Below the pieces are notes generated by a model, which had not been told where the DNA came from, did not search any database, and was given only the letters and a program-made list of their open reading frames with translations. 59,706 bases of DNA from a virus. Lineage: Duplodnaviria > Caudoviricetes. The stretch covers positions 1 through 59,706 of the IMG/VR virus record IMGVR_UViG_3300042905_003262. One strand, 5' to 3'. This document shows positions 51,376 to 59,706 of this stretch, one piece after another. Numbering within the stretch: the first letter of the stretch is position 1; each line of letters starts with the position of its first letter. A program made the translations under genes and the position numbers.

Positions 51376-51603
51376 ATGACCACCCTACCACCTGACCACC
51401 TCCGCCACATCGACCTTACGGCTCGCCTCGTCTCGCTCAAATCCAGCCTCACGCCCGACTGCAAACTGTTCGAGCCTGCCCCGCCGCTTTATGTCTGCCG
51501 CCGCTCCGACGAAGACCCGCCGCGCTGGGCTGTCCGGCTGTTTGTCGCGTTTCTCATCATCAACGCGGCTGTTTTGGCTGCTTACCTTATTGCTGCCCAA
51601 TGA
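51376..51603 (+). CDS. small C-terminally anchored membrane protein
   Basis: Hydrophobic C-terminal helix WAVRLFVAFLIINAAVLAAYLIAA. Confidence 0.65.
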   Translation: MTTLPPDHLRHIDLTARLVSLKSSLTPDCKLFEPAPPLYVCRRSDEDPPRWAVRLFVAFLIINAAVLAAYLIAAQ

Positions 51604-51755
51604 GTGCCACCTGCCCCAAATGCGGCCACCCAACCTCCGACATGCAGCGCAACGGCGGGAAAGCTCGCTGGGCTGGCGTCTCGGCTGCTGACCGCTCGGC
51701 TGCGATGCGGAAGGCTGTCCAGGCGAGGTGGGCCAAGAAGAAAGCCAAAGCCTAA
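51600..51755 (+). CDS. small basic protein (CxxC + GGKARW...RKA..ARW motif)
   Basis: Read by hand: MSATCPKCGHPTSDMQRNGGKARWAGVSAADRSAAMRKAVQARWAKKKAKA. Confidence 0.65.
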   Translation: MSATCPKCGHPTSDMQRNGGKARWAGVSAADRSAAMRKAVQARWAKKKAKA

Positions 51756-51770
51756 CCCGCGCTTCTCAAA

Positions 51771-51799
51771 GCCCTCGCCTTAGCTGGCGGGGGTTTTTT
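51771..51799 (+). terminator. intrinsic terminator
   Basis: GCCCTCGCC/GGCGGGGGT stem plus T-run, at the convergence of the two strands. Confidence 0.8.
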
Positions 51800-51854
51800 G
51801 CGTCGAACCGTGGCGCTGCGGCAAACAGACTCGCCAAGGCTCGCAGTTGCCGAG

Positions 51855-52214
51855 CTAGGTGTTCGTATCTGTCACCAAAACCAGCAAGCCGCGCTCTTTC
51901 GCCCACGCCGGGTTATCATGCACCCTTCGGTGACACGGGGCGCAGAGCTGGCGGAAAAACTCCACGTCCAGGAGCCTCTTACCCTGCCGTCCGCAGGCGT
52001 GGTGAATCTCCGTCGCCTGCCCTTTGCAGACGAGGCAGGTCGGATGCGCTACCAAAAACTCGCGCCGGAGCTTCGTGTACTCCGCGTTTTCGGCTTTCCT
52101 TCGCGTGCTAACGGGCTTGATGCGCTGGCGTGGCTTCCGGCTCACAAGTCCAGCCAGAACCCTTTCGCGGTAGGTCTGGCGCTTGGTTGGCTTGGCTTGG
52201 GGTGGGGAGATCAT
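51855..52214 (-). CDS. HNH-like nuclease
   Basis: CLVC...ATEIHH..GR...LCAPCHRRVH.NP.WA...GLL. Confidence 0.75.
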   Translation of the reverse strand: MISPPQAKPTKRQTYRERVLAGLVSRKPRQRIKPVSTRRKAENAEYTKLRREFLVAHPTCLVCKGQATEIHHACGRQGKRLLDVEFFRQLCAPCHRRVHDNPAWAKERGLLVLVTDTNT

Positions 52215-53359
52215 AGGGTTACGGCTTCGAGGAACGCCTCAATGAAGGCTTGCGCACACTGAGGAACGATTGCATTGCCGTAACCGCGCAGTCGCACCAC
52301 TCGGGCGGGAATCCCATGAGCCAGCGGGAAAAATGCGGGTTCAGTTGGAACGCGGCGGGTTTTCCCGTCTCGGCAGGCGACGAGTCGGGAGGCATTCCAG
52401 CATCGAAGCAGTCCCTCGCCAGACATCGGTTGTCCCGGCTTTGCGGCGTCAGTTTGTTCGCTGTTGGAGTTGCCCATCCATCCAAGTGCATTGGACTCGG
52501 CCAGCCCGTGATTGTCTGCACCTGAATCGCAATCGGCATTCCGGCCCCGTTGCCATTCCCGTGCTTCGCCTTGTTCTTGATCTGGCGGGCGTCCCACGTC
52601 TCCAGCCCCTCCCCGTCGTTCATGTTGTTGGCATTGGGTGTCGCCCACCCGGATATTGTCGCCACTTGCCGAGGTAGGTTGGCCGACCCCTTCTCTGAGT
52701 CCATTGCCCGAATCAACGCTTCCGAACTCGCTGAATCCTTGTAGTCCCGCGCATTCGGAGTCGTCCACCCTATCACTGCATCTTGCAACCTCATCGCGTG
52801 CCTCCCCGCTTGTGACGGGCCTGTTCCTCCCGCGCAAGTGTCTGGTGTGGGCCACCCAGTACAGCCTTTGTCGGATGTGCGGCGAGCCGACGCTGTGTGC
52901 GCCCAATACGGTCGCCCCGCAGGCGTAACCTTCTGACTCCAAGTCTGCTGATACTCCGTCGAGCCAGCCGTGCCCAATCGCGCTTGCAACCTGCTCGCCA
53001 AAGACTGTGTTAGCCCACGGCTGGCCGTCGTCCCTACAGGCGCAGATGAGGGTAAAGAAGACTGGCCAGAGGTGTCTCTCGTCTTTTTGCGCGAGTCCTT
53101 TACCGGCTGTGCTGAATGGCTGGCAGGGGCATGATCCAGTTCCAACAGACTTTGACGCAGGCCATCCGGCGAGTTGGAGGGCAAGGGGCCATCCGCCAAT
53201 ACCAGCGAAGAAATGACACTGAGTATATCCGCGCAAGTCCCCTGGAGTGACTTCGGTAATAGATCGCTCATCGACAATACCGTTCGGGATGAGTCCGCGT
53301 TTGATGAGTTCTCGCAGCCATGCGGCGGCTTTTGGGTCGTGTTCATTATAATAATTCAT
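52211..53359 (-). CDS. DNA (cytosine-5) methyltransferase, alpha-like chain (motifs I-VIII, X)
   Basis: FFAGIGG, GSCPCQPFS, GEQV, HIRQRLY, GYGNAIVP. Confidence 0.9.
   Translation of the reverse strand: MNYYNEHDPKAAAWLRELIKRGLIPNGIVDERSITEVTPGDLRGYTQCHFFAGIGGWPLALQLAGWPASKSVGTGSCPCQPFSTAGKGLAQKDERHLWPVFFTLICACRDDGQPWANTVFGEQVASAIGHGWLDGVSADLESEGYACGATVLGAHSVGSPHIRQRLYWVAHTRHLRGRNRPVTSGEARDEVARCSDRVDDSECAGLQGFSEFGSVDSGNGLREGVGQPTSASGDNIRVGDTQCQQHERRGGAGDVGRPPDQEQGEAREWQRGRNADCDSGADNHGLAESNALGWMGNSNSEQTDAAKPGQPMSGEGLLRCWNASRLVACRDGKTRRVPTEPAFFPLAHGIPARVVRLRGYGNAIVPQCAQAFIEAFLEAVTL
52219..53346 (-). CDS. overlapping alternative-frame ORF supplying motif IX (beta-like chain; true start uncertain)
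   Basis: W(P/T/A)TP repeats and LNPHFSRWLMGFPPEW. Confidence 0.65.
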   Translation of the reverse strand: MNTTQKPPHGCENSSNADSSRTVLSMSDLLPKSLQGTCADILSVISSLVLADGPLPSNSPDGLRQSLLELDHAPASHSAQPVKDSRKKTRDTSGQSSLPSSAPVGTTASRGLTQSLASRLQARLGTAGSTEYQQTWSQKVTPAGRPYWAHTASARRTSDKGCTGWPTPDTCAGGTGPSQAGRHAMRLQDAVIGWTTPNARDYKDSASSEALIRAMDSEKGSANLPRQVATISGWATPNANNMNDGEGLETWDARQIKNKAKHGNGNGAGMPIAIQVQTITGWPSPMHLDGWATPTANKLTPQSRDNRCLARDCFDAGMPPDSSPAETGKPAAFQLNPHFSRWLMGFPPEWCDCAVTAMQSFLSVRKPSLRRSSKP

Positions 53360-53363
53360 AGGG

Positions 53364-53558
53364 TTAAAAGTCTGCCGCGCCTTTTCCTGCCTCCCATTGT
53401 GCAAAGGCGCACATGCCGTTGCGGAAACGTGGCTTTCGCTCCTTTTTCGGTGGAGGATCAACCGGCGGGATAGCGAGCATGGCGGCGATTTTGGCCTCCA
53501 GTTGCGCGGCGAGGTCTGGCGGGTCGGGCTGGACAAGTGGGCGAGGAAGAAAGTTCAT
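53364..53558 (-). CDS. hypothetical protein
   Basis: ATGA coupled to dnaB. Confidence 0.5.
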   Translation of the reverse strand: MNFLPRPLVQPDPPDLAAQLEAKIAAMLAIPPVDPPPKKERKPRFRNGMCAFAQWEAGKGAADF

Positions 53559-54876
53559 GGTTCGCGGAATTGAAAGATTGAGCCAAGGAACAAAAGCGGA
53601 AGCTCCCAGTGACGCTTCCCGCCCCGGTTCTTCTCACACCAAAGGTTGCGCTTTTCGTCGTTGAAGCCGGTTTCCGAGTCCTCGTCGGCAAACTTCTTGA
53701 GCATCATCACCTTGTCGGCGTCCTGTCCAATGGCCCGGCTTTCGCGTAGTTTGCCGCTGTCGTTGAGCTGCGAGGCTGTCAGGATGACTTTCCCTGTCCG
53801 GCGAGCCAAACGCTTCTGACGGCGACTGATTGAGGCCAAAACGCCCTCCCGCGTGTCGGACTTCCGGGCGCTGGTATCCTCCATGAGTTGCAAGTAGTCC
53901 ACCACCACCACGGCGGCGTCGCTTCGCTCAATGTCGGCGAAAATGTCGGTCGCGCTAGCGTCCTCAACATCCACAAGCTCAATGGTCGATCTTTGGCGAA
54001 TCTTCGCGCAGGAGGCCGTTAGCGACATCATCTCACCGTTTGTCAGGTCGCCCCGGTAGAGATTGCCGTTATCAACGCGAGCGTGAGAGGCCAGCAGGCG
54101 CAAGGATTGCTCATTGTGCGGCATCTCCAGCGGATACCACCGAACCTTGTGCCCGTCTTCGGCGGCGTTCTCGGCGCAGTTTTGGATGATGGTCGATTTG
54201 CCGTCTCCCGGCTCCCCGGCGAAAACCCAAACTTGCCCAGGCATCATGCCGCCCGTGTGCTTGTCGATAGTCGGAAACCCGGTGCGGATGCCAGGAAGGC
54301 GGCCAGGATTCTCGGCCCGAATCTGGATTTCAGCCAAGAGCGGGTCGATGGCCTCGCGTAGTGACACGCTCTTGAGTAGCTGGCCGGGCATCTTTCCTGC
54401 CTCTTCCATGAGTCCTTTGATGGTGTCGAGCGTTTCGGCCACCTCGCCGTCACGGGCTTGGAACAGGAAATTCAGGCTTCGGGCGTGGGCCTCGATGTGT
54501 TTTCGCTGCCCGTAAAGCTCGCGCAACACGGTCAGGTAGTGGTGAAAGTGCGACGGAATCGGGACGAAGGTGTAAACGTCCGAGACAGCCGCAGCCCCGC
54601 CCACGAACTCCAAACGGCCAAGATTCCGCAGCCGGTGAGTCAGGGAGATGGGATCAATGGGCCGCCCTGCCGTCACCTCGTCAACCATCGTGCAGAAGAT
54701 TTCCCGGCTGACATCGTGATAGAACAGGGCCGGGGGCGTGGCGTGCAGGCAAGTAATCAACCGTTGCGGCTCCTGCATGAAGCACGAAAGCGCCCCGCGT
54801 TCTGCTTCGTCGCTGTATGGCATGGGTTTGTTTAGCCCGGCCAGTAGCTCCTCAACCGTTGCATGTTTTTCTTGGT

Positions 54877-54880
<4 letters not shown>
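53555..54880 (-). CDS. dnaB: DnaB-like replicative helicase
   Basis: P.S.EAE N-domain, TGFPTID, AGEPGDGKS, LEM, VVDYLQL, SQLN, LRESRAIGQDAD, KNRGG. Confidence 0.93.
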
Positions 54881-55557
<677 letters not shown>

Positions 55558-55560
55558 AAC

Positions 55561-56547
55561 TCAATCCTCGCTTTCGCTTTCGTTCAGATTGCCAAAAAGC
55601 GGCATTTCCTCGCGGGCGATGCCCTCGGCTGCCGCTGTGCAGTTTAAGACGGCCTGCTTGTAGTAAGCCTCCTTCAACTCGATACCGATGGCGCGGCGTC
55701 CATTGATGATTGCGCCGTAAGCCTCGCTCCCAACGCCAAGAAATGGCGTCAAGACCACTTCACCAGGATTTGAGCGCAGGACCACGACTCGCTCGATAAC
55801 GTCAAGTTGAAGCGGGTGAACGTGTTTTTCATCGTCCGGGTCTTTGCATTCCTTGTAGGGCAGGACGCGCTCAATCCGAACATCGTCCCAAAAGGCGCTG
55901 GCGTATTGCCGCCAGATCCAATGCGAGAAACGATTCTCAGTCTGCTTTCCGGTGTGGCCTTTGTAGGCCAGAAGCTCATGCGGCATCTGGCGCGAACCGG
56001 CGTAGCTGTGAAGTCCTGTCGGATGAGCCACAGGCACTTCGTTCTCACCATCACGGCGGAACAAAAGCAGATAATCGGCGCTCGCCACGTCGCATAGGCT
56101 GGAGTCGTCCACGATGGTTTTGTGAGCGAGTCCCTTCGCCATCGTTCGGAGACGAACGGCAAGAGGTTCTTTCCACACGGAGTGACGAGCGATGAACTTG
56201 AAACCGTTCGCCAAATGGAGGCGGATGATGTCGCCGGGAAAGTCTGTCAGCGTGCATCCGGCATTGCATGAACTTGGAATGTCCATGCAATGAACGGCGG
56301 TAATCCGGCCCGGCTTCGTGAGTCGTGCAATCTGCGAGACGACAAACCCGTAATGCTCAAAGAACTCTTCATAGTTCCGGCAGTTTGACAAATCCCGCTC
56401 GTCGGAACTGTAATTGTATAGCCCGCAGAACGGCGGCGAATAGACAGACAGATCAACAGACCTGTCTGGTAGTGATTGCATGACCTCGCAGCAGTCTCCG
56501 TTATAGAGGGCGAATTGGTCCGTTACTTTTTGTGTGATTACAGCCAT
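55561..56547 (-). CDS. N4/N6 DNA methyltransferase (beta class)
   Basis: SPPF catalytic motif, HVHPLQ, SNPGEVVLTPFLGVGSE, GIELK. Confidence 0.9.
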   Translation of the reverse strand: MAVITQKVTDQFALYNGDCCEVMQSLPDRSVDLSVYSPPFCGLYNYSSDERDLSNCRNYEEFFEHYGFVVSQIARLTKPGRITAVHCMDIPSSCNAGCTLTDFPGDIIRLHLANGFKFIARHSVWKEPLAVRLRTMAKGLAHKTIVDDSSLCDVASADYLLLFRRDGENEVPVAHPTGLHSYAGSRQMPHELLAYKGHTGKQTENRFSHWIWRQYASAFWDDVRIERVLPYKECKDPDDEKHVHPLQLDVIERVVVLRSNPGEVVLTPFLGVGSEAYGAIINGRRAIGIELKEAYYKQAVLNCTAAAEGIAREEMPLFGNLNESESED

Positions 56548-57908
56548 GATGGTGTGATTTCGTTGGTGGTTGGTTTCTCTTTCTTTTCAATCCGCAACTC
56601 ATTGTTCATAAGCTGAACAAGATGCGAAAACATTTCCTCGGCTTGCGCCGCTTTGCGCTGGAGATTTTGCAGGACTCCACGCTCGCCTTCGGATGTCACT
56701 ACGTCGATTGTGACGGCGTGCTTTTGACCAAAGCGCCAGCTTCTACGGATGGATTGGTACCACTGCTCGAAGCTATGCGAGGGGAAAAATGTTTGGTGGT
56801 GGCAGTGCTGCCAGTTCAAGCCAAAGCCTGCGATTTTTGGCTTGCTGATGAGCACGCGGATTTGACCGCTAGCAAAGGCGTCAAACCGCTCTTCCTTTAC
56901 CTCATCGGGATCGTCGCCGGATACTTGGACGGAATCCTTGATGATTTTTTCCAGCCTGTCGCCCTCGCTGTTCAGGTGGCACCACATGACCGCACTCTTG
57001 CCGGAGTTCTCCACGCACGCGGCAGCCATCGCGCAACGCTCTTCAATGGTGCGGCTTCGCTCTTGGCGCTGTTCGGCTAGACCGTGAGCAGGCATCGAAA
57101 ACAGCATGCCCTCAAGTGGCGCTTTCGCCTCAACTATGTGCTCGCGGGTTATAAGTTCAGGCAGCTTAAATTTACCATCGCTAAAGCCAAGATCGGACGG
57201 CTTGCGCACAGCCCGCGCCCATGAGCATACCCATCGCCAGAAATCGCGCTCGGCATGTCCACGAAAGCGATAGATGCCGGAGCGGTGCTCTTGGCTTCGT
57301 GAGGTTGTAGCCTCCGCCTTCTTGAAGAACTTGCCAAGCATATCCATGAATCCAAGATAGCCTAAAGCCTCGCTGGATGTTCCAAGTTCAATGTGATCGT
57401 TTGGCGCGGCGGTAGCGGTGCAAAGAAGACCGAATTTTTGCTTTCGCATGAAGTCGGTCACGGCTGATTTTGTCACGCCGTCAAAGTTTTTCAAAATGCT
57501 TGACTCATCGCATACAGTCCCGGCGAAATCATTCGCATCAAATAAGTGGAGCTTCTCATAGTTTGTGATGACGACCTTAGCGCCCGGGTGAAACTTACCC
57601 GTTGTTGAGCGTGATGCAAAGATGCCAAACTTGGCGGCCTCTTTGACCATTTGCGCACCAACAGCCAGCGGAGTCAGGATGAGCACGGGCTTGTTAGTGT
57701 GCCGGACAATGTTCTCAGCATAGCTTAACTGCATCATCGACTTTCCAAGTCCGCAGTCTGCAAACAAGGCAGCCCTGCCTTTCATTACGCTCCATTCGAT
57801 AAGGCTCCGTTGAAAGTCGAATGCCGCATCAGGAATGAATGTCGGCTTGAATCCGTAGTTGCCTCCAAGGTGGGTCTTACGATTGATAAACTCTGAATAA
57901 GTTGTCAT
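56538..57908 (-). CDS. SNF2/SF2 helicase-like protein
   Basis: ADCGLGKS, DESS, TATAAPND, GFGLNWQ, Q..RRSWRFGQ. Confidence 0.9.
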   Translation of the reverse strand: MTTYSEFINRKTHLGGNYGFKPTFIPDAAFDFQRSLIEWSVMKGRAALFADCGLGKSMMQLSYAENIVRHTNKPVLILTPLAVGAQMVKEAAKFGIFASRSTTGKFHPGAKVVITNYEKLHLFDANDFAGTVCDESSILKNFDGVTKSAVTDFMRKQKFGLLCTATAAPNDHIELGTSSEALGYLGFMDMLGKFFKKAEATTSRSQEHRSGIYRFRGHAERDFWRWVCSWARAVRKPSDLGFSDGKFKLPELITREHIVEAKAPLEGMLFSMPAHGLAEQRQERSRTIEERCAMAAACVENSGKSAVMWCHLNSEGDRLEKIIKDSVQVSGDDPDEVKEERFDAFASGQIRVLISKPKIAGFGLNWQHCHHQTFFPSHSFEQWYQSIRRSWRFGQKHAVTIDVVTSEGERGVLQNLQRKAAQAEEMFSHLVQLMNNELRIEKKEKPTTNEITPSWL

Positions 57909-57914
57909 ATCTTC

Positions 57915-58020
57915 AAAAAGGTGCTCCCCACGAAACCAAGGCTAGAAATCCGATATGCGCGGGTTCCTTGGAGTGTGGGGAGCATTTTGAGATGTGGCAT
58001 ATTGACTGGCCGTTTCTAGT
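57915..58020 (-). promoter_or_regulatory. structured leader/attenuator upstream of the helicase-methylase genes
   Basis: TGCTCCCCAC/GTGGGGAGCA plus CCAAGG/CCTTGG stem followed by T5; extra CTAGAAA/TTTCTAG pairing. Confidence 0.6.
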
Positions 58021-58041
58021 CGGCGTGCGTTGACTATTGCG

Positions 58042-58296
58042 TTACAGACTCGGCTGGCAAGGGGTTTTTGGTGGCGAAAAGCCGATGGCATCTTTCAGGC
58101 GCTTGAGCGTGCAAACGTCGCCATCCGCCAAATGTAGATTTTCCATCAGGGTTTGCTGAATCGCTGCCCGTAAGGCTTCGTTTTCGCGCTCAAGCTCCGC
58201 CATCTTGGCGCAAAGGTAAGCAGTGCCGCAAGCGCCGCGTGAAAAGGCATCAAATGCGGCATCGGTAATTGGCGTTGGTCGTTCTGTGGTGTTCAT
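58042..58296 (-). CDS. hypothetical protein (TPxTDA...LERE type)
   Basis: TPITDA...ELERE motif; ATGA coupling. Confidence 0.7.
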   Translation of the reverse strand: MNTTERPTPITDAAFDAFSRGACGTAYLCAKMAELERENEALRAAIQQTLMENLHLADGDVCTLKRLKDAIGFSPPKTPCQPSL

Positions 58297-58715
58297 GGTT
58301 GTTTTGTGGCTTCAATGCGTCGGCGTTCTTCGGCCTCTTTGGCGAGGGTGCGCAGCGTGGTGGTGACAAAGTGAGCGGCCACTTTCAAAAGGCGCTCTTT
58401 CTCGGGGTGTTGAATCTGGCGGCGGTAACGATAAAACATGCGCCACACCTGCGCGGCCTGCTTTTCGGTGATGTCCGTCGTCAGCAACTCGCGGGCAAAA
58501 CGCTTGTCCCAAGATGCGGGTAGATAGTTGACCTGCTCCTTCAGGCACTTCACGGCTTGACGCTCGTCTTCGGTTTGATCCCGGCGAGGAACTGACGCTT
58601 TCTTTGGCGCTTCCAGCTTCACCTTCACGGGATTGGCAGTGACTTCGCGGTTGCCACACGGGAGCGCCGTGGTGGCGAGGGCGTCGAATAGGAACTCGGG
58701 AGGGGCGGTGTTCAT
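58293..58715 (-). CDS. hypothetical protein
   Basis: MNTAPPE... coupled ORF with SWDKRFAR...YRRQI. Confidence 0.65.
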   Translation of the reverse strand: MNTAPPEFLFDALATTALPCGNREVTANPVKVKLEAPKKASVPRRDQTEDERQAVKCLKEQVNYLPASWDKRFARELLTTDITEKQAAQVWRMFYRYRRQIQHPEKERLLKVAAHFVTTTLRTLAKEAEERRRIEATKQP

Positions 58716-59002
58716 GGCATCAAGATTCCGCTGTCGATGATTTTGCCGAGCCATTCGCGCCCGTCGTCGGTGGCCTCGTATTGCTTGGCGTCTGGATTGA
58801 GTCGAGCCAGCCCGGCAGCAATGAGCTTGCCCATGCTCTTGAGCGTGGATGGCGCTTTGCTGCGATCTTCCCAGCCTGCTTTTGCAACGCAAGGGAATGG
58901 CGTTTGGACAACCTGGGCGAGTTCCGCGACGGCATCCGGGCCGATGTATCTGCGATGCAGCCCGAGCTTGCGGGTGCGGTTTGTGAAGGTGGTGGGTGTC
59001 AT
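58712..59002 (-). CDS. winged-helix-like small protein
   Basis: KLIAAGL......YEATDDGREWL wing pattern. Confidence 0.6.
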   Translation of the reverse strand: MTPTTFTNRTRKLGLHRRYIGPDAVAELAQVVQTPFPCVAKAGWEDRSKAPSTLKSMGKLIAAGLARLNPDAKQYEATDDGREWLGKIIDSGILMP

Positions 59003-59316
59003 GGAAGGTCGATGACGTAGGTTTGGCCGCTCGTGACAGTGTTGACGTATGCGATGGCTCGCCAGTCGCCGACTTGGACGTTCTTCACGTTCTGGTACAC
59101 GCTTTCGGAACTGGAATACTCAGGTTTGCGTACCTGAGTCTCGGCATCTTGCCACGGTATGACAAAAATGGCGCATCCTGGAGCCGGTTTGGCGACGCAA
59201 TAAGCACGCGGGAAGATGTGGCGGACGGAGAGGCATCCTTCGACCTGCTTTTTGGCAGCGGCTTTTATGCGCTTGATGATGTCGCGGGAGTAGGCGGATT
59301 TTGGTTCTTGTTTCAT
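58999..59316 (-). CDS. hypothetical protein
   Basis: MKQEPKS... with AACGACC leader. Confidence 0.6.
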   Translation of the reverse strand: MKQEPKSAYSRDIIKRIKAAAKKQVEGCLSVRHIFPRAYCVAKPAPGCAIFVIPWQDAETQVRKPEYSSSESVYQNVKNVQVGDWRAIAYVNTVTSGQTYVIDLP

Positions 59317-59336
59317 GCGTGGTCGTTGGTGGTGGA

Positions 59337-59693
59337 TCAAAAGGGAATGTCGTCGGTTTCCATGCCGCCCTCGATTTGCGGCTCGTCATACTGGATCGTC
59401 CCTGGAGGCTGACGGCGTGGTGCATTCGGGCGAGGCGCTGGCCGGGTTTGCTGGCGAGGCGGTGGCGCTTCTTCTTCTGGTAGCGTGAGGTTGCCGAGAA
59501 TTGGCGCTTGAACGCCAGAATCACGCGCTTCCTTTGGCAAATCCTGCGAGACGAAATGCGTATCGCCATACTGGCCAGTGCCGTTTTTGTTCGGCCATGC
59601 GACGAGGTTAAGGTACTTGCCGTTTTTACCCTCAAAGATGTAGTCTTTGAGAATCTTCGTGACGTTGATTTTGATTTTGATGGGACGTGCCAT
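59337..59693 (-). CDS. single-stranded DNA-binding protein-like, variant copy B
   Basis: Same protein as 484-831 with the canonical SSB C-terminal tip DDIPF. Confidence 0.7.
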   Translation of the reverse strand: MARPIKIKINVTKILKDYIFEGKNGKYLNLVAWPNKNGTGQYGDTHFVSQDLPKEARDSGVQAPILGNLTLPEEEAPPPRQQTRPAPRPNAPRRQPPGTIQYDEPQIEGGMETDDIPF

Positions 59694-59706
59694 GATGTTC
59701 GTGTTT

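Noticed and set aside
59319-59706. Physical direct terminal repeat
   Set aside because: The copies are divergent beyond 66 bp and the left copy is internal, which fits an assembly overlap with a strain variant better.

Overview
The window is an essentially complete, circularly permuted ~58.9-kb tailed dsDNA phage genome with podovirus-like gene content. The host is probably Gram-negative, judged from the lipoproteins. The last 66 nt (59641-59706) exactly repeat 779-844, and bases 1-778 are a divergent alternative arm. The minus-strand backbone carries three blocks. (1) Replication, recombination and modification: SSB-like, RusA, RecE-like nuclease, Bet, YdaU-type initiator with iteron-like repeats, DnaB, SNF2-like helicase, an N4/N6 methylase and a two-frame C5 methylase. 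(2) Packaging and virion genes: TerS/TerL, a 5470-aa polyvalent ejection-type protein, portal, scaffold, major capsid, adaptor, nozzle-like protein and fibre. (3) Lysis-type genes, including a TM-PAS protein and a Tad1-family anti-defence gene. Three plus-strand islands of small accessory genes each follow a sigma70-like promoter. No integrase was recognised. The most unusual signals are: (i) a ~630-nt ORF-free, heavily base-paired RNA-like region (20022-20650) with a tRNA-mimic domain, two 18-bp closing stems and GNRA tetraloops; (ii) a tRNA-fMet-like sequence embedded in-frame in a CDS and split by a self-promoted HNH cassette that keeps the outer frame open; (iii) an AACGACC leader motif before many accessory genes, which also marks the point where the two variant arms switch to different genes. 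All calls come from visual reading and motif recognition; no searches were run.
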